From an uncultured Planctomycetaceae bacterium (GTDB lineage Bacteria > Planctomycetota > Planctomycetia > Isosphaerales > Isosphaeraceae): DNA of 64,000 nucleotides. The notes below the pieces were generated by a model. The model was not told where the DNA came from, did no database searches, and saw only the letters and a list, made by a program, of their open reading frames with translations. The stretch is taken from assembly GCA_963833985.1 (NCBI GenBank), contig CAWIAD010000002.1, positions 640,001 through 704,000 on the forward strand. Direction: 5' to 3'. A program made the position numbers and the translations under genes. This document shows, piece after piece, positions 36,919 through 45,714 of this stretch. Position 1 is the first letter of the stretch, and every line of letters begins with the position of its first letter.

Positions 36919-38327
36919 TAACAGAGTCGTGACCAGCGTGATTTCGCGCACCCGATACCCGGGTGTCTCGACCCGGTACCTCAGCTCGCGCACGGTGATC
37001 TCGGAGGGCAGCACCTCGAACTCATCCGCCGACATCCACTTCGGATGGGATTTCGATTTAAACCATGTGACAATCTGATCTGCGGTTCCCTGCGCCAACA
37101 CCCACCGCGAACTCGGCAGACCCTGCGGCCTGGGGTACGGACCCTTCCTCCTGGCCATCGGACGACCCGGCGTGAAATCGACGATCTGCTGCTGGTGCAC
37201 GCGGAAAACCGCATGCAGACCGCGTTGCAGTAATATCGCCAGATGAGCATACGAGCAAAATCCGCGGTCACCGAGCACGATGTCTCCCGGCTCCAGGCCG
37301 TCGGAGATCGGGCCGACCTGGGACATCTCGTGGGTCCGCAAAGGGGCCGTCCTCGAACGCAGAAGCATGCCGGTGGTGACATCGAAGAGGGCCAGCCATT
37401 TCGCCACCGGGAAGCCACAGCCCTTGCGTTGACCGCTGGGTTGGCCGAAGTGACGTTGCAGTTCTGGTTGGTCCGGCATGGAGAAGCTGGAGCGGTCGAC
37501 GACCCAGATTCGGTGCCCGAGCCACCGCGCGCCATCCGAAGCAGTCCGCACGGCGGCAGCGGTCCGCTCCACGAGCCAGTCGAAGACGGCCAGCGGAAGC
37601 CGCTTTCGCGCCAGGCAGTAGGCGCTGTCGGTGAAGGTCCAAGCGCCGAAGTGCACCACGTGGCGACAGGCCGTGTTGCCATGAAGGACCTGGAGCAGGA
37701 ACAGATAAATGGTCGTCGCGGGGTCGAGAACGCGATTCCGCCAGCGGTGTTTCGCCTGGCGGCAGGCTTCTTCGATCGTCTCCCGGGACAATCCCGCGGC
37801 GATATCTTGGCGCAGTCGATCGAGAATAGGGATGATGCGAGGCGGCATGGGTGGGGCTCCCTCCAGCAACTGTGGGTCCTGGTACTTCCCACAGGATGCC
37901 CGGAGCCTCACCCATGGCGCAAGATCAAATGGCACAATTAGTTAAAATTAACTTCGCGGCATTCAGTCATGTCCCCTTCAGGCCTTCTCAGGCCTTCGGA
38001 GATCATGGAGAGAAACCCGCCAGGGATCGAGATAGGCATTCTTTCCGATTCGATCTTGCTCGAACCCCTGGGACCCCGGCCGATCAGTGATCTCGTTCAA
38101 CAAATCCGCCGTCGTCGATCATATCTACTCTCGTCCGTCGTCTTCCCTCCGTGTTCTCTGTGTGCTCTGTGGTTCGATGGTTTTCCTGACTTTGAGCGTT
38201 ACGAGAGCCTCGTCCGGCCCGATCGGGACGTATCTTCGCCCTCTGTCGGGTCGTTGAGATCGATGTGGTGAAGTGAGCGGGGTGGGGCGAAGTACCAGGA
38301 TTTTTCAACGTCCAGGGGGCAGCGGTC

Positions 38328-38414
38328 ATGAGCTTGAACGGGTCGGCACGCCAGGGCCTGGCTTCGATCATCATCCCCTGCTGGAACCAGCTTGAGTTCA
38401 CGCGGCAGTGCCTC
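38328..38414 (+). pseudogene. N-terminal fragment of a GT2 glycosyltransferase
   Basis: MSLNGSARQGLASIIIPCWNQLEFTRQCL, cut off abruptly at the GGGGACAAA array. Confidence 0.7.
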
Positions 38415-38461
38415 GGAGGGGACAAAGGAGGGGACAAAGGGGGAGGGGACAAAGGGGACAT
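38415..38461 (+). repeat. Tandem GGGGACA(AA) motif x4
   Basis: GGAGGGGACAAA GGAGGGGACAAA GGGGGAGGGGACAAA GGGGACAT. Confidence 0.9.
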
Positions 38462-38657
38462 CCCTCTGACCGCGAGCGATCTGCGCAGGATGGATAAAGC
38501 TTTGAACGTCCACGTACTTCGATTTACGAGGATTCGCGGCAACATGCTCACTGGCTCGACCTCCTCGGCGGCGCCTTCCAGCCGAACGTCACGCTCGCTT
38601 CCGGCCACGACGCGCATCATGAGCGTACCAGCCGGAGCGGCAATATCGCGGGTAAGA

Positions 38658-39412
38658 ACAGGATCAACGACGCCTACAACCTGACCACCGGCCGGCCACA
38701 ATCACGGCGAGCCGCAAGCTCCGGCGGCATGGAGTGCAACCGCGAAGCGCAAACCGATCTGAATGCATCTGACCACAGAGAGCACAGAGAGCACAGAGAG
38801 AGAGAGAGAGAAGTCCATAGGGGATCGGATCGAGGAAAACGCTCATTCCAACCTGGATTTGCCTGTAACCTGAGCCAGCGGACGATCAATGATCCCGTCG
38901 AACTTTCGTCGTCAATTCCTTCTGCTCTCATCCATCGTCTTCCCTCTGTGCTCTCTGTGCTCTCTGTGGTTGCATGGTTTTCTCGATCGGATCAGGGCAG
39001 ACGCTCATGCTCTCCTCGCTCTGCCTGAATCCGGGGCCACAGGATCAGCGACTCCTACAACCTGCCTACCGGGCCGTCCACGATCACGACGAGCTGCCCG
39101 GTCCGGCGGCATGGAGTGCAACCTCGAAGCGCGAGCCGACATGAATGCTGCGAACCACAGAGAGCACAGAGAGCACAGAGAGAGAAGTCCATAGGGGATC
39201 GGATCGAGGAAGACGCTCATCCCAACCTGGATTTGCCTGTAACCTGAGCCAGCGGACGATCAATGATCCCGTCGAACTTTCGTCGTCAATTCCTTCTGCT
39301 CTCATCCATCGTCTTCCCTCTGTGCTCTCTGTGCTCTCTGTGGTTGCATGGTTTTCTCGATCGGATCAGGGCAGACGCTCATGCTCTCCTCGCTCTGCCT
39401 GAATCCGGGGCC
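38658..39412. repeat. Tandem duplication of a ~375-380 bp unit, each holding a CACAGAGAG-type inverted repeat pair
   Basis: Units 38658-39038 and 39039-39412; arms ACCACAGAGAGCACAGAGAGCACAGAG and its reverse complement at 38772-38798/38944-38970 and 39153-39180/39318-39345; degenerate half-copies near 38078-38190 and 39410-39523. Confidence 0.92.
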
Positions 39413-39524
39413 AGCGGACGATCATCGAACCCTTGGAACCTTCGTCGGCGATCCATTCTGATCTCGTCCATGGTCTTCCCTCTGTGCTCGCTGAGATCTC
39501 CGTGGTTCCATGGTTTTCCTGACT

Positions 39525-39903
39525 GCGGTAAAGCGTCCGCGCTCTGCTCGCCCGCTGCCACCAGATGCTCGAGGACACCCCCTCGGCCCTGGGCGCCTGC
39601 GCCGCGGGGTTACGGCTCGACCCCGACGACGCCGAGCTGCACTTCCGCAAGGCCATCCTCCATCGCAAGGCGGCCCAGCCCGCCGAGGCCGAAGCCTGCT
39701 GGCGGCGGATCTTGACCGTGAAGCGTCCGGAGCAGTTTTGCAGTGTCGACCAGGGTATCTACGGCCACCTGACGCTGCGCAACCTTGCCGCGCTGGCCGA
39801 AGAGCGCGGCGACTACGCGGAAGCCCAGCGCCTCTGGTCTCAGGTCCTTGCCGAGTGCCCGGGCGATGCCGAGGCGACGTCGCGGCTCGAAGCGAAGTCG
39901 TGA
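39525..39903 (+). pseudogene. C-terminal TPR fragment of a GT2-TPR glycosyltransferase
   Basis: ALGACAAGLRLDPDDAELHFRKA...AEACWRRIL...FCSVDQGIYGHLTLRNLA TPR helices with no upstream domain. Confidence 0.65.
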
Positions 39904-40038
39904 ATCGACCTGACTTCCGCCAGCGGCCAGCAACCCGGTGCGATTCGCGACGGCCTGGAATCCCGCGCACGATAACACCAGCCCTGGCTCAAGAATGGAT
40001 GTCCTTCCTGTCCCGGCCGGCCACAATCCCGCCCTGAG

Positions 40039-42498
40039 TCATGGTATCGACGAGCCGAGGCATCCGGAGTTCGATGGCAATGAGAGGGTGTCCCTTGCCG
40101 AGCACTGGTCCAGGCACGCCCGGGCGACGGCGGCGACGATGGCGTCGGCATCCAGACCGTACTCGCGATAGAGATCGGAAATGTCGCCCGACTGGCCGAA
40201 GCGGTCGACGCCCAGGGGCACCACGCGGTAACCGGCCACGGCGCCAAGCCAGGAAAGGGAGGCCGGATGGCCGTCCAGTACGGTCACCAGGGCAGCGCCT
40301 GGGGCCAGGTCCTCGAGCAGGGTCTCAACGTGCGACCGCGCAGCCGGCTCACCGGAACTTCGAAGGTGAGTGGCGCTGAGCCAGTCCGCGTGCAGGCGTC
40401 CGGCCGAGGTCACTACCAGCAGGCCGGCGTCGGGAATGTCCTCGCGGATCAACTCGTACGCCTCGATCGCTTCCGTGGTGACGACGCCCGAGCAGACGAT
40501 CGCCAGGGTTGCCCCACGGCCCGGCGGGAAGAACCAGTAGCCACCGCGCACGATCGCGGCGTGCAGGTCGTCGGTCATCGGACGTTCGGGCTGGCTCAGC
40601 GGCCGGGTCGAGAGGCGCAGGTAGACCGAACCGCCGTCGTCGTCTTGAAGATGCCGGAACGCCCACGCGGCGATCACGGCCAGCTCGTCGACGAAGGCGG
40701 GCTCGAACGCCGTCATTCCCGGCTGGCCAATGCCGATCAAGGGTGTGATCACCGACTGGTGGGCTCCGCCTTCAGGCGCCAGGCTGAGACCCGAGGGCGT
40801 GGCCACGAGCAGGAACCGCGCGTCCTGGTAACACGCGTAGTTCAGCGCATCGAGGCCGCGGCAGATGAAGGGATCGTACAGGGTGCCGATGGGGAGCAGG
40901 CGAGCGCCGAAGAGCCGGCCGGCGAGACCCAGGGCGGCCAGCAGCAGGAAGAGGTTGTTCTCGGCGATGCCCAGCTCGATGTGCTGGCCGGCCGGCGACA
41001 TCTCCCACTTCTGGGTCGAGGCCAGGGCCTGGTCCTGGAACAGATCCATGCGGGGACGGCGGTCGAACAGTCCCCGGCGGTTGACCCACGCGCCCAGGCT
41101 GGTGGAAACCGTCACGTCGGGAGAGGTGGTGACGATGCGCTCGGTGAACTCGCCGGTCCCGCGCGAAAGCTCGTTGAGCAGCCTGCCGAAGCCTTCCTGC
41201 GTGGACATCCGCGTTCCGCGGGGAATCTCCAGGATCTCCGGCACCGCCAGCCGGGGCGGCTCGGCGCCCTGGCGGTTCCTGGCCGCGAACGGCACCTGGG
41301 CCAGGAACCGGCGGAGCTCGTCCGCAGCGACGTCCAGCCCCGCGAACGGGTCGTATTCGCATCCCTCGGCGATGTTCTGCGACTGTCTGTAGGCTTCCAT
41401 CTGGTCGGGACTCATGAGCCCCGAGTGATTGTCCTTGTGGCCGGCGAAGGGGAGCCCATGGCCCTTGATGGTGTAGGCGATGAAGCAGGTGGGCACGTCG
41501 CTGGCCGCGGCGTGAAACGCATTGAGTACCGCTTCCATATCGTGCCCGGCCAGGTTGGTCATGAGGGCATGGAGCGCAGCGTCGTCGTGCTCGTCGAGCA
41601 GGGCGGGAATTCCGGTGGTCGTGCCCAGGTCGCGCTTCAGTTGGGCCCGCCAGCCGGCCCCTCCGCGGTACACAAGGGCCGAGTAGAGCGAATTGGGACA
41701 GCCCTCGATCCAGTCGCGCAGGGCCTCACCCCCGGGCCGCTGGAAGACGTCCTGAAGCCGGCGGCCGTACTTGAGCGGCACTACCTCCCAGTCCATGGCC
41801 CGGAACAGGCTGTCGATGCGCTGAAACAGCCGGTCCTCGACCACGTTGTCGAGACTTTGCCGGTTGTAATCGATGATCCACCAGACGTTGCGGACATCGT
41901 GCTTCCAGCCCTCGAGCAGGGCTTCGAAGACGTTTCCCTCATCGAGCTCGGCATCGCCGGCCAGCGCGATCATCCGGCCCGGCGGCTGGTCCGCGGCGAT
42001 GAGCCCCTTGAGCCTGAGGAGATCCTGCACCAGGGCCGCGAAGAGCGTGATCGCCACGCCCAGGCCAACCGAACCGGTCGAGAAGTCGACGTCGTCGCCG
42101 TCCTTGGTCCGGGACGGATACGACTGCGCACCACCGAAGGCCCGGAACCGCTCCAGGCGGTCCCTAGACTGCCAGCCCAGCAGGTACTGGATGGCATGAA
42201 AGATCGGGCTGGCATGCGGCTTCACCGCAACCCGGTCCTGGGGACGCAGGACGTCGAAATAAAGCGCGGTCATGAGCGTGGCGAGGGAGGCGGACGATGC
42301 CTGGTGGCCCCCGACCTTGAGGCGGTCGCGATTGGGACGGAGGTGGTTGGCGTTGTGGATCATCCAGGTGGAGAGCCAGAGCACCTTGCGCTCCAGGGCG
42401 CGCAGGCAGCGCAGCCGCTCCACCCGCTCGGCACTGCTTGCGGCCAGCACGCCCGCGGCAGCCGCGCTCTCCCCACAGGAATCCCGCACGTCGTTCAT
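40039..42498 (-). CDS. Pyruvate/2-oxoacid dehydrogenase E1 component, homodimeric AceE/transketolase-like
   Basis: VGGHQASSAS, KPHASP, QSYPS, FSTGSVGLG, ThDP motif GDAELDEG...NRQSLD, ELGIAE, EGGAHQS. Confidence 0.85.
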   Translation of the reverse strand: MNDVRDSCGESAAAAGVLAASSAERVERLRCLRALERKVLWLSTWMIHNANHLRPNRDRLKVGGHQASSASLATLMTALYFDVLRPQDRVAVKPHASPIFHAIQYLLGWQSRDRLERFRAFGGAQSYPSRTKDGDDVDFSTGSVGLGVAITLFAALVQDLLRLKGLIAADQPPGRMIALAGDAELDEGNVFEALLEGWKHDVRNVWWIIDYNRQSLDNVVEDRLFQRIDSLFRAMDWEVVPLKYGRRLQDVFQRPGGEALRDWIEGCPNSLYSALVYRGGAGWRAQLKRDLGTTTGIPALLDEHDDAALHALMTNLAGHDMEAVLNAFHAAASDVPTCFIAYTIKGHGLPFAGHKDNHSGLMSPDQMEAYRQSQNIAEGCEYDPFAGLDVAADELRRFLAQVPFAARNRQGAEPPRLAVPEILEIPRGTRMSTQEGFGRLLNELSRGTGEFTERIVTTSPDVTVSTSLGAWVNRRGLFDRRPRMDLFQDQALASTQKWEMSPAGQHIELGIAENNLFLLLAALGLAGRLFGARLLPIGTLYDPFICRGLDALNYACYQDARFLLVATPSGLSLAPEGGAHQSVITPLIGIGQPGMTAFEPAFVDELAVIAAWAFRHLQDDDGGSVYLRLSTRPLSQPERPMTDDLHAAIVRGGYWFFPPGRGATLAIVCSGVVTTEAIEAYELIREDIPDAGLLVVTSAGRLHADWLSATHLRSSGEPAARSHVETLLEDLAPGAALVTVLDGHPASLSWLGAVAGYRVVPLGVDRFGQSGDISDLYREYGLDADAIVAAVARACLDQCSARDTLSLPSNSGCLGSSIP

Positions 42499-42727
42499 CA
42501 CCACCAGCCTGGAAGAATCGACCAGCGACACCGGCGTCCGCACACGGGAGCTATTGTACCGGAAAAAAGGCGCCGAGGGGGCGCCATCAGCCCGGGCGGC
42601 AAGGCCTGTTTCGATGCCTCCGCAGGCTTGCCCCGATTCATGGTGCAAGTGCAGCATGAACGTGCCAGTTGGGACGGATTGCGGCTCGAATAATCCTGGA
42701 TTTTTCGGCGTCCGAGCCGTTTCCTCC

Positions 42728-42784
42728 CTTTTTTTTGCAACCACAGCATTATCCTCTTGACAGTCGTCGGCGATCTGGCAAGAT
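42728..42784 (+). promoter_or_regulatory. Conserved operator + sigma70-like promoter of phasin/phaE set 2
   Basis: CTTTTTTTTGCAACCACAGCATTATCCTC then TTGACA-N16-CAAGAT; same layout as 16648-16704. Confidence 0.65.
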
Positions 42785-42939
42785 GGCATGAGGAGAACTG
42801 GTAGCGGATCGGTGGTGATCTCGCTGCGCGTTTCTCAACCAGCATCCTTGATTCCGGCCAGGGCTCGAGTCGTCCCCACGTGTGGCGAGGATGATCCGGT
42901 GCCGCGGAAGGGTGGCTTCCCAGCAAGGAGCGACACCTC

Positions 42940-43371
42940 ATGTTCGACCAGGTTTTTGAGAACTTCCGGAAGGCGAGCGAAACCACGTTACAGGCGCAGC
43001 AGGACCTGTTTCACCAGTGGATGTCGCAGTGGCCCACCTTTCCGATCGACCCCCTCGCGGCCCCTGGCGCGAGCGCCGTGAGCGACCAGGTGCAGTCGTT
43101 CCGGAAGCAATGGACGGAGGTCGCGACGACGCTGATGACGAAGCACTGCGAGGCGCTGGATGCCCAGTACCGCTCGGGGATTCGCACCATTGAAGAGGCG
43201 CTGCGGACCTCGGAGGCCAAGAGCCCCGAGGAGTTTCGCCGGCTCACCGAGGAACTCTGGCGGAAGAGCTTCGAGGTGCTCAAGCAGACGATCGAGAACC
43301 AGATCCGAGACTTCCAGCTCGCCGTGGAAAAATGGTCCGAGCTGATGACCCGGAACAGCTCGAAAGTGTGA
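42940..43371 (+). CDS. Phasin-like PHA granule-associated protein, paralog 2
   Basis: MFDQVFENFRKASE...LDAQYRSGIRTIEEA...TEELWRKSFE; paralog of 16742-17218; AGGAG RBS. Confidence 0.6.
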   Translation: MFDQVFENFRKASETTLQAQQDLFHQWMSQWPTFPIDPLAAPGASAVSDQVQSFRKQWTEVATTLMTKHCEALDAQYRSGIRTIEEALRTSEAKSPEEFRRLTEELWRKSFEVLKQTIENQIRDFQLAVEKWSELMTRNSSKV

Positions 43372-43447
43372 GTTCCCCTCCGCGGACACCTCGGGTTTGG
43401 CGCGCGTTTGGTCTGCCAGGTGCATGGCTGTGGGAGGCCTGATCGCG

Positions 43448-43957
43448 ATGAGCGCTGAAAAAAGCGATTTGGTGGCCAGCTCGGCGGCCGATCCGGCGCG
43501 TGATTTTCTTGAGTTCTGGAAGCACTACTTCGAGCAGACAGCTCTCCAGACCAGGGTTCTTCTGGAGAGCATGCCTGGTGGAAAGCCGCCGGACCAGTTT
43601 CAGAACCAGGCGCTTGCGGCGCTGAGCGACAGTCTCGACGGCTTCATGCGCACTCCCGCTTTTCTGGATGTCCTCAAGCAGTCGCTCACCCGGATGATCG
43701 AGCTGAAGAAGGCACAGGACCAGGTTGCCCAGAACCTCGGCCAGCAAACCGGTCTGCCGCTGGCAGCCGACGTGGCGGGCGTCGTCGAGCAGGTGCGCAG
43801 TGCCCAGCAGGTCCTCCTCAGGCGGCTCGACAGGCTCGACGCCCGGCTCGAGGCGATCGAGAAGATTCTCACGACCGGACCAGTGGAGAAGAGTCCCAGG
43901 CGGAAGAAAGCAAACACCCGGCAGAGTGGAGACGATGTTTCCCAGGACCCCGCTTGA
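43448..43957 (+). CDS. Short PhaE-like subunit, paralog 2
   Basis: AADP...FW...SLDGFMRTPAFL...QDQV...GLPLAADV...RLD; paralog of 18556-18987. Confidence 0.6.
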   Translation: MSAEKSDLVASSAADPARDFLEFWKHYFEQTALQTRVLLESMPGGKPPDQFQNQALAALSDSLDGFMRTPAFLDVLKQSLTRMIELKKAQDQVAQNLGQQTGLPLAADVAGVVEQVRSAQQVLLRRLDRLDARLEAIEKILTTGPVEKSPRRKKANTRQSGDDVSQDPA

Positions 43958-44364
43958 CGACGCCCTTGCCCTCGGCCAAGACGTCCGGGCATGTGTGACG
44001 CTCACAGGTAGATCCTCGCGGAGGATCTCGCAAGGGTCGCGGCCGAGGACAAGGACGGCGTCCATGAGCGGCTTTCCGGGAATGCAACCGCCGGACCTCA
44101 CGAGTGATCAAACGCCGCGGATCTCGCGGCAACAGGCTAATCGCCGGGCTGGAGAATGCAGGCGGCCGGCGCTGCCCGCAATGCCCAGCCCCCCTTCAGG
44201 ACCGCGGCCGGAAGGCCCACGGCCCAACGCGCTACTGCCACTGGCCGTGACGGCTGCCAGCCGCGCCGGGGATCGTGCGTACGACTCCCTGGCTCTCTGC
44301 GTTTTTCAGGATCGCCACGCAGGGACACGTTCCACTCGGGTCTGATTTCGACGGGAAGATCATC

Positions 44365-45180
44365 ATGAATATCAAGGGCAAATCCGCCATCATCACCGGC
44401 GCGGGTAGCGGCATCGGACAGGCCGTGGCCATCGAGCTGGCCGAGCGGGGCATCGGAGCAGTCGGTCTGGTGGATCGCAGCGATGGGGTCATCAACGTCG
44501 CCCGGCTGATCAACGACCGTATGGACCGGCCGGTGGCCGAGGCATTCATCGGCGACGTCACCGACACGGCGTTTCGCCAGAAGTCGTTCGACCTGATGTG
44601 CAGCAAGTACGGCGCTCCGGCGGTGTGCGTGCCCGCGGCCGGCATCACGCGCGACCAGCTTGCCGTGAAGGTGGACAAGCAAACCGGACGGGCCTCGGTT
44701 TACCCGCTGGAGAACTTCCGGCTGGTCATGGAAGTCAACCTGGTGGCACCGGTCTACTGGGCCATGGAGATGATGGCCCGCATCGCCGAGGAGCGGCTCC
44801 GCAAGGGCAAGGGACGCTGGGCCGCCGACGAGGGCATTCAGGGCACCGTGATCTTCATCGGCTCCATCTCCTCGCAGGGCATTCCCGGCCAGATCTCCTA
44901 CTCTTCCACCAAGGCAGCGCTCAAGGGGGCGGCGGCCACCCTGAGCAAGGAAGCCGTGTACCACGGCGTGCGGTTCGCCGTGATTCACCCCGGGTTCACC
45001 GACACGCCGATGGTTCGCGCCCTCGGGCAGGAATATATCGAGAAGAACATCCTTCCCTACACGCAGCTCAAGCGGCTCATCGACCCGGCCGAGATCGCCG
45101 ACGCCATCTACTTCATGATCTGCAACTCGGCGGTCAGCGGTGAGCTCTGGGCCGACGCCGGCTGGCACCCCTCCGCCTGA
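44365..45180 (+). CDS. SDR family 3-oxoacyl-CoA/ACP reductase
   Basis: TGAGSGIG, AGITRD, GQISYSSTKAA, IHPGFTDTPM. Confidence 0.85.
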   Translation: MNIKGKSAIITGAGSGIGQAVAIELAERGIGAVGLVDRSDGVINVARLINDRMDRPVAEAFIGDVTDTAFRQKSFDLMCSKYGAPAVCVPAAGITRDQLAVKVDKQTGRASVYPLENFRLVMEVNLVAPVYWAMEMMARIAEERLRKGKGRWAADEGIQGTVIFIGSISSQGIPGQISYSSTKAALKGAAATLSKEAVYHGVRFAVIHPGFTDTPMVRALGQEYIEKNILPYTQLKRLIDPAEIADAIYFMICNSAVSGELWADAGWHPSA

Positions 45181-45226
45181 GACCTCGTCACCCAGGCAAG
45201 CCGCGCTGGTCTTGCCACCAGAACAT

Positions 45227-45257
45227 CCAGTCCCCGGTGCCGGCCGCCGGGGACTGG
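45227..45257. terminator. GC-rich hairpin after the SDR gene
   Basis: 11 bp perfect stem CCAGTCCCCGG/CCGGGGACTGG with a 9 nt loop; no U-tract on the + strand. Confidence 0.4.
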
Positions 45258-45714
45258 GGCCGCCTCGGAAAAAAAGACGCCAGGCAACCGGGCCGCCATG
45301 CCCCTGGCTTCGGCCCCGGAGGGCCGCACCCCGGCCCGTTTCGATGGGCGTCAAGAGATCATCGCCAACTTATTCAACTGCTTCATGATACGATCTGTTC
45401 CCAACCGTCAGGCAGGCTCAGCGCAGAGCCTTCGGTGATCGTGGCGGAATCCCTCTCCAAGTCGCAGCAGCCGCCACGGATTGCTCGAATCGACGCGGCC
45501 GGTTGACTAGACCCGTGAAAGCGCCGGCGAGCCTGATAAGATGAGGTTCCCACCGTCGCATGGCGGGGGAGACACGTGTTTCGGAACGGCGAAGCGCGAC
45601 ACCCAGAAAGACAGCCTGCATGCCGCAGATCGGCACGGATCCGCCGGGCTGATTGTCACTTCAGGGCCGCGCGGTTCCAGCACGCAGCAAGGTAACGACA
45701 AGGAGTTACGCAAG

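Larger units (their letters stand above)
35577..37848 (-). pseudogene. IS4 DDE transposase split by insertion
   Basis: N-terminal part ends LVTTLL at 36919 and resumes DASTYPATELAELYYKRWRVELNFRHIK (YREK motif) at 35993; LGDRGF also present. Confidence 0.9.
35560..37964 (-). mobile_element. IS4-family (IS4 group) element, 1480 bp net, interrupted by an IS5-family element
   Basis: 18 bp terminal IRs GAATGCCACAAAGTTAGT / GAATGCCGCGAAGTTAAT; 11 bp target duplication ACTCATGTCCC (35549-35559) / AGTCATGTCCC (37965-37975). Confidence 0.9.

Noticed and set aside
38658..39523. Repeats as a CRISPR array or as small Cys/His-rich ORFs (LCSLCSLW, HREHREHRE)
   Set aside because: Units are ~375 bp with duplicated interiors rather than unique spacers, and there are no cas genes. 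The peptides are translations of the 9-mer repeat.
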